Positions 7,551-17,662 of a stretch of DNA of 57,598 nt are shown piece by piece. A program made the translations under genes and the position numbers. The notes below the pieces were generated by a model, which searched no databases, had not been told where the DNA came from, and saw nothing but the letters and a program-made list of their open reading frames with translations. The first letter of the stretch is position 1, and every line of letters starts with the position of its first letter. Origin of the DNA: Terracidiphilus sp. (GTDB lineage: Bacteria; Acidobacteriota; Terriglobia; Terriglobales; Acidobacteriaceae); NCBI GenBank assembly GCA_050013195.1, contig JBEKFS010000002.1, forward strand, positions 1-57,598. The letters are read 5' to 3'.

Positions 7551-9734
7551 TTACAGGAACAGCGGCGCCATGACAAAGGTGACCGTGCAGAGCAGCTTGA
7601 TCAGCACGTGGAGCGAGGGGCCAGCAGTGTCTTTGAAGGGATCGCCGACCGTGTCGCCCACTACGGCTGCCTTGTGCGCGTCGGAACCCTTGCCACCGTA
7701 GGCGCCGGTTTCGATCAGCTTCTTGGCGTTATCCCATGCGCCACCGCCGTTGTTCATGAAGATGGCGAAGAGGATGCCGCTGATGGTGCCCACCATGAGC
7801 AAGCCGGCCACGGCCTCTGCAGCCAGGGTCGGGTCAAGCGCAGTGTTGAAGAATTTGAATATTAACCCGACGCAAATCGGCACGCCCACGGCCAGCAGGC
7901 CGGGAGCCACCATCTGCTTGAGCGCGGCCTTGGTGACCATGTCCACGCATGCGCCGTAGTTGGGCTTCGAGGTTCCGGCCATGATGCCCGGATCTTCCCT
8001 GAACTGGCGGCGAACCTCTTCAATGACCGCGTAGGCGCTCTTTCCCACAGCCTGAATAGCCAGAGAGCTGAACAGCAGAACCAGCGCCGCGCCGATCAGC
8101 GAGGCCACGAAGATAGGGGGCTTGCTGATATCGATCGAAGAGAGCAGATGAGCGGTCGATCCGAACTTCTTGACGATCAGCTCATTGACTTCATCGATAT
8201 AGGCCGAGAAGAGCAGGAAGGCCGCCAAGGCCGCGGAGCCAATGGCATAGCCTTTGGTGAGCGCCTTGGTGGTGTTGCCCACGGCATCCAAACGGTCGGT
8301 GCGCTTGCGTACATCTTCCGGCTGATGCGACATTTCGGCGATGCCGCCTGCGTTGTCGGTGATGGGGCCGAAGGTGTCCATGGCCAGGATGTAGGCGCAG
8401 GTGGCCAACATTCCCATGGTGGCGATGGCGGTGCCGAAGAGTCCGGCGCTGGTGCCATCCACCATCGGCAGGGCAAATTTTCCGCAGTAGAAGCTGCCCA
8501 GAATGGCGAGAGAGATGACAACCACCGGTGCGGCGGTGGACTCCATGCCGACGGCAAGGCCGCTGATGATGTCAGTGGCCGCGCCGGTCTTGCAGCTCTT
8601 GGCAATCGACTGCACCGGACGATACTGGCACTCGGTGTAGTACTGGGTGATCCAGACGAAGAGGAAGGACATGACCATGCCGATCAAGCCGGCATAGAAG
8701 AACCACTGCCAGTTTGCTCCCGGAATGTCACCCAGGAGGTACTTAACAGCGACCCAGAAGCCGCCGGCGGCAAGAACCGTGGTCACCAGGTAGCCACGAT
8801 TGAGGGCAACCATCGCGTCCTCATCCTCGTTTTTCAGCTTGACGCTGAAGACGCCGACGATCGAAGCAATGAGGCCGAAGGCGCGGGCCACGAGCGGGAA
8901 GAAGATGGCCAGCAGCAGCGCTTCCGGTGGTATGCCGGGCATGGACTTGAGTTTGAGGAAGAGCGCAACGGCCAGAATCATGGCGCCGATGTTCTCCGCG
9001 GCGGTGGACTCGAAGAGGTCGGCTCCACGGCCAGCGCAGTCGCCCACGTTGTCGCCGACGAGATCGGCGATGACAGCCGGGTTGCGGGGATCGTCTTCGG
9101 GAATGCCGACTTCGACCTTGCCCACGAGGTCAGCGCCCACGTCTGCGGCTTTGGTGTAGATGCCGCCGCCGAGCTGGGCGAAGAGGGCCACAAAGCTGGC
9201 GCCGAAGCCGAAGCCCACGATCTCATAAGGTACATCGCCGGGATTGGCCATGCCGCCGAAGGCCAGGAAGATGATTCCCACACCGAGCAGCGAGAGAGCC
9301 ACCACCGAGAGGCCGGAGACAGCGCCGCCGCGCAGCGCAATCTTGAGCGCTCCGTTAAGGCTGGTGCGCGCCGCCGAGGCCGCGCGAAGGTTGGCGCGTA
9401 TGGAGACGAACATTCCGATGAATCCGGCCATGCCGGAGCAGACCGCGCCGGCAAAGAAGCTGACGACCGTCTTGATGGCCAAGGGCTGCCCCTTGCCCAG
9501 GAAGAGGTAGAGGCCGTAGATCAGGATCGCCGCCACCACGGAGAGTATATAGATGGTCTTGTACTGGCGCTTCAAGAATGCCTCGGCGCCTTCCTTGATG
9601 GCGCCAGCGATCTGTTGCATCGCCGAGGTTCCTGTGTCCGCGGCCAGCACTTGGCGCGCGAACAGCCAGGCTACAAAGAGCGAAAGCACGCTTACGCCCA
9701 GAAAAAAGTACACCCAATACTGAACAATGTCCAC
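7551..9734 (-). CDS. hppA: Membrane-bound pyrophosphatase, K+-independent H+-pumping type
   Basis: [38 protein letters not shown] and DTVGDPFKD motifs; many TM helices; GGAGG SD. Confidence 0.95.
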   Translation of the reverse strand: MDIVQYWVYFFLGVSVLSLFVAWLFARQVLAADTGTSAMQQIAGAIKEGAEAFLKRQYKTIYILSVVAAILIYGLYLFLGKGQPLAIKTVVSFFAGAVCSGMAGFIGMFVSIRANLRAASAARTSLNGALKIALRGGAVSGLSVVALSLLGVGIIFLAFGGMANPGDVPYEIVGFGFGASFVALFAQLGGGIYTKAADVGADLVGKVEVGIPEDDPRNPAVIADLVGDNVGDCAGRGADLFESTAAENIGAMILAVALFLKLKSMPGIPPEALLLAIFFPLVARAFGLIASIVGVFSVKLKNEDEDAMVALNRGYLVTTVLAAGGFWVAVKYLLGDIPGANWQWFFYAGLIGMVMSFLFVWITQYYTECQYRPVQSIAKSCKTGAATDIISGLAVGMESTAAPVVVISLAILGSFYCGKFALPMVDGTSAGLFGTAIATMGMLATCAYILAMDTFGPITDNAGGIAEMSHQPEDVRKRTDRLDAVGNTTKALTKGYAIGSAALAAFLLFSAYIDEVNELIVKKFGSTAHLLSSIDISKPPIFVASLIGAALVLLFSSLAIQAVGKSAYAVIEEVRRQFREDPGIMAGTSKPNYGACVDMVTKAALKQMVAPGLLAVGVPICVGLIFKFFNTALDPTLAAEAVAGLLMVGTISGILFAIFMNNGGGAWDNAKKLIETGAYGGKGSDAHKAAVVGDTVGDPFKDTAGPSLHVLIKLLCTVTFVMAPLFL

Positions 9735-9980
9735 AAATCCTCCAAGCAGAAATTTTGATGGTTTACCACGAACGGACCCGGAAAAACGATGGAAATTTCC
9801 AGGGGAAACCCCACGGGAAGCGTATCACCCGCACGAAACACTGTCGAGTGCTGATGGTCACAGCATTTTCAAGGGCATTTCCATAAACGAAAACGCAATC
9901 CCAAAACGGTAGCAAGGGGGGCTTTTGCCGGCTCATGGACGGAATGGAGAAGCCAATATCTTTCGCGTCGGCATCTCCTG

Positions 9981-10649
9981 CTATTCCGCGTGAAACACCA
10001 CGTCAAACAGCAACAGGCTCACCGTGGTGAAGATGATGTCGTAACCTACCAGCATCTTGATCCACAGCGTGGGGTCGCTTTCGCCGGTGAGGATGGCGGT
10101 GGTGGCCTGCACCATGGCCAGCAGAGCCGGAATGAAGATCGGAAACAGGATCAGCGAGAGCAGCAGTTCGCGGTTACGGCTGCGGATGGAGAGCGCGGCA
10201 AAGAAGATGCCGTTCGCCACCAGCGCCCATGTACCCAACGGCAGCACCACCACCAGCAGCCACGCCTGGCCCGCAATATGAAGGTTATAGAAGATGAAAA
10301 AACACGGCGCCAGTATCACCTGGACGACCGTGACGAAGAGAAAGTTCGCAATCACCTTGGCCAGGTAGAGTTCCGCGCCCGGAGCGGGCGTCATGCGCTG
10401 CGCGTCCATAACCTGGTGGCGAATCTCGCGCGCCCAGGCCTGGTTCAGCGCGCTCACCGAGGCGAACATGGTGGCCACCGAGAGTACGCCGCCGGCGATC
10501 TGCTGGGAAAAGGCTCCGCGCGGGTCAAAGGCGATGGAAAACAGCACAACCACCAGCAGAGAGAAAAACAGCATGGAGACGAGGGCGTCCAGCGTCCGCA
10601 GCTCAATGCGCAGGTCTTTGACCAGATGGGTCCACAGGGCGCGGGTCAT
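9981..10649 (-). CDS. ccmB: Heme exporter permease CcmB
   Basis: KDLRIELR...FFSLLVVVLFSIAF and RELLL..ILFPIFIP; about 6 TM helices; lies downstream of ccmA. Confidence 0.9.
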   Translation of the reverse strand: MTRALWTHLVKDLRIELRTLDALVSMLFFSLLVVVLFSIAFDPRGAFSQQIAGGVLSVATMFASVSALNQAWAREIRHQVMDAQRMTPAPGAELYLAKVIANFLFVTVVQVILAPCFFIFYNLHIAGQAWLLVVVLPLGTWALVANGIFFAALSIRSRNRELLLSLILFPIFIPALLAMVQATTAILTGESDPTLWIKMLVGYDIIFTTVSLLLFDVVFHAE

Positions 10650-11116
10650 GGGTTGTGGCCCTCCGGTGCTGCGGATTTGGTCAGGTCGGCGGTTTGGGCC
10701 TGCGCGGCTCTCAGGTAGTCGGCGGGCGAAAGAATAAGCTGCGTACCGCGCGTGCCGGCCGAAACGCTGATCTTGTCGAAGAGAATTGCCGTCTCATCGA
10801 CGAAGACAGGAAAGGCTTTTTTTGCGCCAAAGACCGTGACGCCGCCGCGAATGTAGCCCGTCAGCGGTTGTACATCTTTCAGCGGGACCATCTCGGCCTT
10901 GCGCAAGCCAGCCGCTCGAGCCAGTTTCTTGAAGTCCAGCTCCGCGTTGCCGGGAATGACGGCAAAGACGTAGGAATCGTGCCCGCCGGTGGTCAGCAAT
11001 GTCTTGAAGACCTGCTCGGGTGGCATCCCAATTTTTTTGGCAACTGTCAAGGCCGACAAATCCTCCGGATCGACCTCGTACTCCTGGAGTTCGAAGGGAA
11101 TGCCGAGAGATTCGAG
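10646..11116 (-). pseudogene. ybaK: YbaK/EbsC Cys-tRNA(Pro) deacylase with its 5' end missing
   Basis: LESLGIPFELQEYEVDPEDLSA...VFKTL...TGYIRGGV..G...VSAGTRG. YbaK-like sequence extends to 11116, but no normal start codon lies between the upstream in-frame TGA and that point. Confidence 0.75.
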
Positions 11117-11765
11117 CCCGACCGGCGTGCAGAGTCAGCACCCAGTCGGCGATGGGCGCAGCCAGCTCGCGCTGATGCGTCGTCAAAACAATCGTCCGGT
11201 TGCTTTGGCGAAACCGGGCGAGCAGCTCGACCATCTGGTGAGCGCTCTCCACGTCCATGTTGGAGAAAGGCTCGTCGAGCAGCAGCAGTTCGGGAACGGA
11301 GATCAGCACGCGAGCCAGCGAGGTGCGCTGCCTCATTCCCTGCGAATACTTACCCAGGATGCGATCGAGCTCCGGGTCCAGGCCCACCTGGCGCAGGGCC
11401 TCGGCAGGCGCAAGGCAGGCGCGGCCGGGATAGAGGCTGGCAAAGTAGCTGAGGTTTTCCACTGCCGTCAGCTCGTCGTAGAGCATGGGTGCGTGGCTCA
11501 TGTAGCCGATGCGCTCGCGGGCGTCGTGAGGATCAACGCCGTTAAAAACCGTGACTGAACCGAAGCTGGGCCGGAGCAGGCCGGCCAGAATGCGCAGCAG
11601 CGTGGATTTGCCCGCGCCGTTTTCGCCCAGCAGAACGTAGCAACACCCCTGCTCCAACTCCACCGTAACCTGACGTAGCGCGGCAAATGAGCCGAAGAGC
11701 TTGGAGACGCCGTCGAGACGGGCGCTAGCAGTCGAACTGGCGGTCTCGGATGCTGGAGCAGTCAT
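10794..11765 (-). CDS. ccmA: Heme ABC exporter ATPase CcmA; ABC domain ends near 11118 and the frame reads through ybaK
   Basis: GENGAGKST, YSQGMRQR, LLLLDEPF and TTH motifs; the last ~105 aa are off-frame ybaK sequence. Confidence 0.85.
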   Translation of the reverse strand: MTAPASETASSTASARLDGVSKLFGSFAALRQVTVELEQGCCYVLLGENGAGKSTLLRILAGLLRPSFGSVTVFNGVDPHDARERIGYMSHAPMLYDELTAVENLSYFASLYPGRACLAPAEALRQVGLDPELDRILGKYSQGMRQRTSLARVLISVPELLLLDEPFSNMDVESAHQMVELLARFRQSNRTIVLTTHQRELAAPIADWVLTLHAGRARISRHSLRTPGVRGRSGGFVGLDSCQKNWDATRAGLQDIADHRRARFLRLCRHSRQRGAGLQETGSSGWLAQGRDGPAERCTTADGLHSRRRHGLWRKKSLSCLRR

Positions 11766-11770
11766 TGCGA

Positions 11771-12328
11771 TCAGTTTGCCGCGGCAGGGTGCGTGGTGTC
11801 AGCAGCAGCGGCGCGCGAGTCCGTGGCCGGCTGCGCGGCTGGAGCACTCGGCTTCACGGCAGGCTGCATGGGCTTCGTGCCGGGTTGAGCGTTACCCGGC
11901 TGGGCTGGTGCATACTTGCTGGCGCACTTGGCCTGCAAGACGCTCGCATGGAAAACGCCGTCGCGGCCATAGGTGCCCATAGCCAGGGCCTGGGCGTCGT
12001 CCTTGAAGGTGTCCGGCGGCGGCTCGGAGCCCTTGTAGTTGACCGTGAGCACGCGCCCTGTCGCAGCCTTGGGAGAGTGGCTCTCGAATTCGTTCAATAC
12101 AAAGGTCACATGGGTGCCGCTCTGCTCGATGGAGCCGGGCACCACGAAGCCCTCCACGCGCAATTGGCTGTGGAAAGCCTTGTCGCCCATCCCGCTCAGC
12201 TCGGGAATGGTTACATAGTAGCTCTTGCTGGCGCCAATGCCGGACATGGCCAGCCAGACAATGGTGCCCACGACTATGGCCACCGCGATTCCGATGCGAA
12301 GTGTGTTGGGGGAAATTTTCATCGTCAC
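11771..12328 (-). CDS. ccmE: Cytochrome c maturation heme chaperone CcmE, CxxxY variant
   Basis: N-terminal TM, SYYVTI.EL, LRVEG.V.PGSI, PPDTFKD and LQAKCASKY. Confidence 0.92.
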   Translation of the reverse strand: MTMKISPNTLRIGIAVAIVVGTIVWLAMSGIGASKSYYVTIPELSGMGDKAFHSQLRVEGFVVPGSIEQSGTHVTFVLNEFESHSPKAATGRVLTVNYKGSEPPPDTFKDDAQALAMGTYGRDGVFHASVLQAKCASKYAPAQPGNAQPGTKPMQPAVKPSAPAAQPATDSRAAAADTTHPAAAN

Positions 12329-12385
12329 CCTTTAAAGATACGGGCGATACCGGGCTGGGTCAACCGTAGTAAGAGCGAAACCAGC

Positions 12386-14539
12386 TTACCGCGCTCCCTC
12401 CAGCGTTTGCGCCGCCCGGTTGAGCGCCTGGGTCAGCACCGTCAATTGCTGCGCGGCCCGTTTCTGATCTTTGCTGTCAATGGCCTCGTTGACGCCGGGA
12501 ATCACCACCGCCGCGTAGCCTGTGTACTCGCCGGGGGCGAAGATGGTGTGCCGGAACCAGGGGCGATTGGGCAGGCCGGCTTCTGAGGTGAGATCGGTCT
12601 CGGCCTGGCGAAGAGCTACGTTGAGCTTTGGAAGATTGCCGGAGGCGGCAATTTGCAGTCCGCGAACGTGCTCCGCCGCAACGGAAAAGCGCACTGCGGC
12701 AGCCTGCGCAGCGCCAAAGTCCAGCGAAAGTTCCTGCTCCGCGGCTCTGTGTTTGGCCGCTTCAATATACGAACTGATCTCGCGCGCGTAAGCTACGTAG
12801 TCGTAGGGCAACACGTCAGCGTCGGCCATGCGCAGGGCTTCCAGACCGAAGACGCGGGCCATCTCCTGCAGATAAACGAAATTTGGGTCGGCGTTCAGCG
12901 TATACCAGGCGTAGTTGTCGAAGACCGAATGATAAACGCCATACGGGCCGCCGGAACTGATGTCGGTGGAAGGCACGCCAACGTGCTGCAGGAAGGGCGT
13001 GAAATCGGAGCCTGAGCCGAGGTCGCCCACATGCACCTCTTCGCCGGCCACGGGCGGGGCGTTGGAGCGGCGATGCTCATTTCTGCCTGCGGAATTGGTT
13101 CTCCATTGCTGATAGACCGTCCCGCCCAGCGGGCTGGGAACCGAGCGCGTCAGCTCGCGGAGAAACTCCTTGAGCGAGGGAACAGCAGCGGCGGAAAAAT
13201 CCGGCCCGGCAACGGCCACATCGGTGTTGAAGTAGGCTACGGCGTGTTCCAGCGCCTTGGCGTTCTGCTCCACCCACTCCGTCGAGCCGATCAGGCCCTC
13301 TTCCTCGGCGTCCCAACTGCAAAAGACGATTGTCCGCTTGGGCCGCCAACCCTGTTTCAGCAGCGCGCCAATTCCGTGTACCGATTCGAGCATGGCCGCA
13401 GTGCCACTGGAGGGATCTACAGCGCCGTAAACCCAGGCGTCGCGGTGATTGCCGATCACGACCCAATCGTCGGGGTACTCTGTTCCTTTAATCTTGCCGA
13501 TAACGTCCCAGATGATGCGGCGCTGATAATCCTGCACGGAGACCAGGTGAACGCGCACACTTCCCTGCCCCTCAACCGTTCCGATGTGATAGCGGAAGCC
13601 CAGCCCGCCTTGCCAGCCCTGAGGCACTCCGGAGCCTTTGAGAGCCTGCAGAATCGGTGCGACGTCGTGGTAGCTGATGGGAATGGAGATGATGCGGGGC
13701 TGGCTGCCATAGGGCGAGACGCGGGCCGAGTCGGGCAACTCCGGCGTCGATGCAACGCCCGGAGTCTCCGGGTCGCCCGGATATTCAAACATGTATTGCA
13801 CTGACCCGCGCTGCACGCCTGTCTCCGGCCGCCACGGCCCCACGGGATAAGCGTCGCCTTTAGTGAAGCCATCGTCCTGCGGGTCGGAATAGATCAGTAC
13901 GCCGGCCGCTCCGCGCTGCTCGGCGATAAAAACCTTCACGCCTCGGAAGTTGCTGCCGTAGCGCACCAGGACAATCTTGCCTTTCAGGTCGATGTGTCGC
14001 GAAGCCAGCAGGTCAAAGTCTTCCAGACGGCCGTAGTTGGCGTAAACCACCTCAGCGGTTACATCGCCCGACCCTGACGAGCCGTTGAACGGCATCACCA
14101 CTCGTGGATCGTCCTGGAATGGATCGCCATCGACGTGCTCCCGCGTAGGCCCACTCATCAGCAACTTGCCACTGGAATCATAAGCCTCGACACGCACCTC
14201 TTTGGGCTGGTTCAGCAGGACGCGGAACGGGACAATCTCCGTCTCCAGGCCGGCGGCGCGAAACTTCCGAGCCACGTATTCGGCGGTCTTGTGATCTTCG
14301 GGAGTCGAGGCGAGATGCGGCTCCGCGGTTAGTGTTTTCAGATGCTCTCCGGCCAGCCTGGCGTCGGGAACGGCGAGGAATTTCTCCTCGATCTTGGCCT
14401 GCGCAGTGAAGTCCGTGTAGCCGAAGACCGCAGCTTGTGCAGGCTGAGCAGCGGATTGGGCCCCGAGCGGCCTGGAAATGAATGCGGATGAAACCAGCGT
14501 CAGAAAAACCAGTGAGGCAAGCGGCTTTCGTAGCATCAT
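12386..14539 (-). CDS. Secreted M28 metallopeptidase, glutamate carboxypeptidase II-like (PA and TfR-dimer domains)
   Basis: Signal peptide from ATG 14539; VYANYGRLEDF, GNHRDAW, DPSSG, SWDAEE, GSDF, YHS and RPWFRH motifs. Confidence 0.92.
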   Translation of the reverse strand: MMLRKPLASLVFLTLVSSAFISRPLGAQSAAQPAQAAVFGYTDFTAQAKIEEKFLAVPDARLAGEHLKTLTAEPHLASTPEDHKTAEYVARKFRAAGLETEIVPFRVLLNQPKEVRVEAYDSSGKLLMSGPTREHVDGDPFQDDPRVVMPFNGSSGSGDVTAEVVYANYGRLEDFDLLASRHIDLKGKIVLVRYGSNFRGVKVFIAEQRGAAGVLIYSDPQDDGFTKGDAYPVGPWRPETGVQRGSVQYMFEYPGDPETPGVASTPELPDSARVSPYGSQPRIISIPISYHDVAPILQALKGSGVPQGWQGGLGFRYHIGTVEGQGSVRVHLVSVQDYQRRIIWDVIGKIKGTEYPDDWVVIGNHRDAWVYGAVDPSSGTAAMLESVHGIGALLKQGWRPKRTIVFCSWDAEEEGLIGSTEWVEQNAKALEHAVAYFNTDVAVAGPDFSAAAVPSLKEFLRELTRSVPSPLGGTVYQQWRTNSAGRNEHRRSNAPPVAGEEVHVGDLGSGSDFTPFLQHVGVPSTDISSGGPYGVYHSVFDNYAWYTLNADPNFVYLQEMARVFGLEALRMADADVLPYDYVAYAREISSYIEAAKHRAAEQELSLDFGAAQAAAVRFSVAAEHVRGLQIAASGNLPKLNVALRQAETDLTSEAGLPNRPWFRHTIFAPGEYTGYAAVVIPGVNEAIDSKDQKRAAQQLTVLTQALNRAAQTLEGAR

Positions 14540-14597
14540 GAGTAGGTCCTCTTTATGAAAGACGGCAAGCCAATGCGCAGCAAGCCGAATGTGTGCT

Positions 14598-14721
14598 CCA
14601 CCCTCATCTCGTCTTTGTTCTTGCAGCTTCAATATCCCCAACAACCGGGGTCCACAAGAAACGGCATTTGCTTCCTGGGGTGGTAACGACAGGTCTTTGT
14701 CATCGGGGTGATCTAGGGTGG
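14598..14721. repeat. Nested REP-like palindromes
   Basis: Outer CCACCCT...AGGGTGG encloses CCCCAAC...TCGGGG, which encloses an inner GGGGTCC...GGGGTGG unit; lies between genes. Confidence 0.5.
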
Positions 14722-14797
14722 GATAGAACAAATGTTTGACCTGCGATTCAATAGTTTCAATGCGGCCGGTCATGCAACAGCCTTATCCGCAGCCCGT

Positions 14798-15301
14798 TTA
14801 CCCGCGCCCCGGACGCAATACTTCCAGATGGCTCGTATCGATCGGATCAGGATCTTCGAAGGAGGGCAAAACCGGCAAACCGGCCCTCAGGCCGCTCCAC
14901 TCTTCTGACACCACGATGCTGTTCTGCGGGTTGCCCGGTTGGTAGCGCGCCGAGCAGGGGAAGCCTGCACGCACCTGGGCCGCATCCCCTTCGCGGAGCA
15001 GGTCGGTAACGTCCTGAGAGGACTCGTAGTCCACGCCGCCGATACGATAGCTGTAAAGCAGCATGGTCAGGGTGCGGCTTGGCCCGTTCTTGATTTTTGC
15101 TGCGCCCTCGACCTCGCAGATGTCCAGCAACATGCCGTCCACTACGCGCCCGGAGTGAGACAGAAATTGACGGCGCGCTCGCTCGCGCTCATCCGGCGTA
15201 GGACCCTTGCGCAGCAGCAGCCAGAGACCCGCCACAAGGAGCGCGACGATAAAAGCTGCGGCTGCGGCAATCACCCACGTATTTGCACTGAGTTGATTCA
15301 T
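14798..15301 (-). CDS. Membrane-anchored hypothetical protein, DUF3592-like
   Basis: N-terminal TM; YSYRIGGVDYES...RYQPGNPQNS beta-rich pattern. Confidence 0.75.
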   Translation of the reverse strand: MNQLSANTWVIAAAAAFIVALLVAGLWLLLRKGPTPDERERARRQFLSHSGRVVDGMLLDICEVEGAAKIKNGPSRTLTMLLYSYRIGGVDYESSQDVTDLLREGDAAQVRAGFPCSARYQPGNPQNSIVVSEEWSGLRAGLPVLPSFEDPDPIDTSHLEVLRPGRG

Positions 15302-15492
15302 TCGAGGCGGTTCACTTCCCTTTCGGTCCCTGACTAGAGAATACCTCAGCGGGGGCCTGTGAGGCCGGACGGGTTGTAAAACCGGTTATGGTTTCATGCC
15401 GTCGCATCCCGGTTAACGCGCTGCGATATACTCGTGACTGCGTCTTGATGTAGTTTTTCGCAGCAAGATGCTGTGTTTTCAGAGGTTTTTTC

Positions 15493-16089
15493 ATGGCTTT
15501 TCGCAAAAATCCCGGACCGGCGCCTGATTCCCAAAATCGCAACCGGTCTCGTAACAAAATTCGTTCCACTACCGTGATTTGCGTTCGCCGCAACGGACAG
15601 GTGGTGATGGCCGCCGATGGCCAGGTCACGCTGGGCGACCACGTGCTGAAGCATTCGGCCAACAAAATTCGCCGCCTTTACCAGGACAAGATTCTCGCCG
15701 GGTTTGCCGGCTCCACGGCCGACGCCTTCTCACTCTTCGCCCGTTTTGAATCCAAGCTGGAACAGTACGCCGGCAACCTGAACCGTGCCGCGGTCGAACT
15801 GGCCAAGGACTGGCGCACCGACAAGATGCTGCGCAACCTGGAAGCACTGCTGGTGGTGGCCGATGCTGGGCAGACATTTTTGATCTCCGGATCGGGAGAT
15901 GTCATTGATCCCGACGAGCCACTGGCCGCCATCGGTTCCGGTGGACCTTACGCGACCGCCGCCGCACGCGCGCTGATGGAAAACACCAACCTGAGCGCCC
16001 GCGAGATCGCCGAAAAGGCCATGCAGATCGCCGGCGAAATCTGCATCTACACCAACCACCACGTTACGATTGAGGAGTTGAAGAGCTAG
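15493..16089 (+). CDS. hslV: ATP-dependent protease peptidase subunit HslV
   Basis: [34 protein letters not shown] and ICIYTN motifs. Confidence 0.97.
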   Translation: MAFRKNPGPAPDSQNRNRSRNKIRSTTVICVRRNGQVVMAADGQVTLGDHVLKHSANKIRRLYQDKILAGFAGSTADAFSLFARFESKLEQYAGNLNRAAVELAKDWRTDKMLRNLEALLVVADAGQTFLISGSGDVIDPDEPLAAIGSGGPYATAAARALMENTNLSAREIAEKAMQIAGEICIYTNHHVTIEELKS

Positions 16090-16116
16090 CGGCTTGATCC
16101 GCCTGCGCATTGATCC

Positions 16117-17619
16117 ATGGCCATCTACCTGCCTGCATCCGCCGAAGAACAAGAGCTCTCGCTGGACGAGCTGACTCCGCGCGAAATTGTGTCTGAATTG
16201 GACAAGCACGTCGTCGGCCAGAAGGCCGCCAAGCGCGCCGTGGCCATCGCGCTGCGCAACCGCCAGCGCCGCCAGAAGTTGCCGCCCGACATCGCCGACG
16301 ACATCATGCCCAAGAACATCATCATGATCGGGCCCACGGGCGTTGGTAAAACCGAAATCGCCCGCCGTCTGGCCAAGCTCACAGGTTCGCCGTTTCTCAA
16401 AGTGGAAGCCTCCAAGTTCACCGAAGTTGGCTACGTGGGCCGCGATGTGGAATCCATGATTCGCGACCTGGTGGAGATCGCCATCGACATGGTGCGCGAG
16501 GAACGCCTGGAGGAAGTGGAAGACCGCGCAGAGATGAATGCCGAGGAACGCCTGCTGGATGTGCTGCTGCCGCCTCCGCCGCCAACCCCGCCCGCACAGG
16601 AGGGTCAGCTCACCTTACCCGGAACGGAGAGTTATCAGCGCTCCCGCGAAAAGCTGCGCCAGCAGTTCCGCGAGGGCAAGCTAGACGAGCGCATGGTGGA
16701 GCTGGACGTGCGCGAGCGCGGCATGCCGCAGTTCGGCATCATCAGCAATCAGAACCTTGAGGACATGGAGATGAACCTCAAGGATATGCTGCCCAACATC
16801 TTCGGCGGCGGCAGCAAGAAGCGCAAGATGAAGGTGGCTGATGCATTTGATTACCTGGTCGACGAGGAAGAGGGCCGATTGATCGACATGGATTCCGTCA
16901 ACCGCGCGGCGGTGGAGCGCGTCGAATCCAACGGCATCATTTTCCTCGATGAGATCGACAAGATTGCCGGACGCGAGAGCGGCCACGGTCCTGATGTTTC
17001 ACGCGAGGGTGTGCAGCGCGACATTCTGCCTATCGTGGAGGGAACCACGGTCAACACCCGCTACGGCATGGTGCGCACCGACCACATTCTCTTCATCGCC
17101 GCCGGCGCGTTTCATGTCTCCAAGCCCAGCGATCTTATCCCCGAGTTACAGGGACGCTTTCCCATTCGCGTCGAGCTGAAGTCGCTTACCGTCGATGATT
17201 TTCTGCGCATCCTCACCGAGCCCAAGGCCTCGCTCACCAAGCAATATACGGCGCTGCTGGAAACCGAGGGCGTGAAGCTGGAGTATTCTCCTGACGCCTT
17301 GCGCGAGATGGCGGAGTTTGCCTTCAAGGTCAACGAGCAAACCGAAAACATCGGCGCGCGCCGCCTGCACACTATTATGGAGCGAGTGCTTGAGGATGTT
17401 AGCTTCCTGGCGCCCGACGTGGCTCGCCGCGTGCCCGACGAAGCGGCTGCCGCGGCGCTCAAGGAAGCCATCAAGAATGAGTCGTCCACGCCGCTTCCCT
17501 ACGAGGAAAGAGTTACCCCCTCAGGCCCGGAAAAGATTTTCCTCATTGACGCCGAGTACGTCAAGCAAATGGTTGCGTCCATTGTAAAGGATCAGGATTT
17601 GTCTCGGTACATTCTGTAA
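16117..17619 (+). CDS. hslU: ATP-dependent protease ATPase subunit HslU
   Basis: [42 protein letters not shown] and DLSRYIL motifs. Confidence 0.98.
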   Translation: MAIYLPASAEEQELSLDELTPREIVSELDKHVVGQKAAKRAVAIALRNRQRRQKLPPDIADDIMPKNIIMIGPTGVGKTEIARRLAKLTGSPFLKVEASKFTEVGYVGRDVESMIRDLVEIAIDMVREERLEEVEDRAEMNAEERLLDVLLPPPPPTPPAQEGQLTLPGTESYQRSREKLRQQFREGKLDERMVELDVRERGMPQFGIISNQNLEDMEMNLKDMLPNIFGGGSKKRKMKVADAFDYLVDEEEGRLIDMDSVNRAAVERVESNGIIFLDEIDKIAGRESGHGPDVSREGVQRDILPIVEGTTVNTRYGMVRTDHILFIAAGAFHVSKPSDLIPELQGRFPIRVELKSLTVDDFLRILTEPKASLTKQYTALLETEGVKLEYSPDALREMAEFAFKVNEQTENIGARRLHTIMERVLEDVSFLAPDVARRVPDEAAAAALKEAIKNESSTPLPYEERVTPSGPEKIFLIDAEYVKQMVASIVKDQDLSRYIL

Positions 17620-17662
17620 CTCAATTGCAAGTTGCTCTGCCGGATCATCACTAAACTTCCCC

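Noticed and set aside
8148-9758. Long antisense or alternative-frame ORFs (8148..9758, 34851..36791, 40291..41799, 42035..42934, 45946..46815 and similar)
   Set aside because: They overlap well-supported genes, have no recognisable motifs, and are expected from GC-rich codon bias.
11100-11135. Programmed ribosomal frameshift joining CcmA and YbaK
   Set aside because: No slippery heptamer, and both proteins appear to lack terminal residues; a deletion or misassembly is simpler.
14540-14773. Long N-terminal extensions given by the track for M28, tal, PIG-L, rnhB, CocE/NonD and GH92
   Set aside because: Downstream starts have an SD or -10 support and place signal peptides or conserved motifs at the N-terminus.
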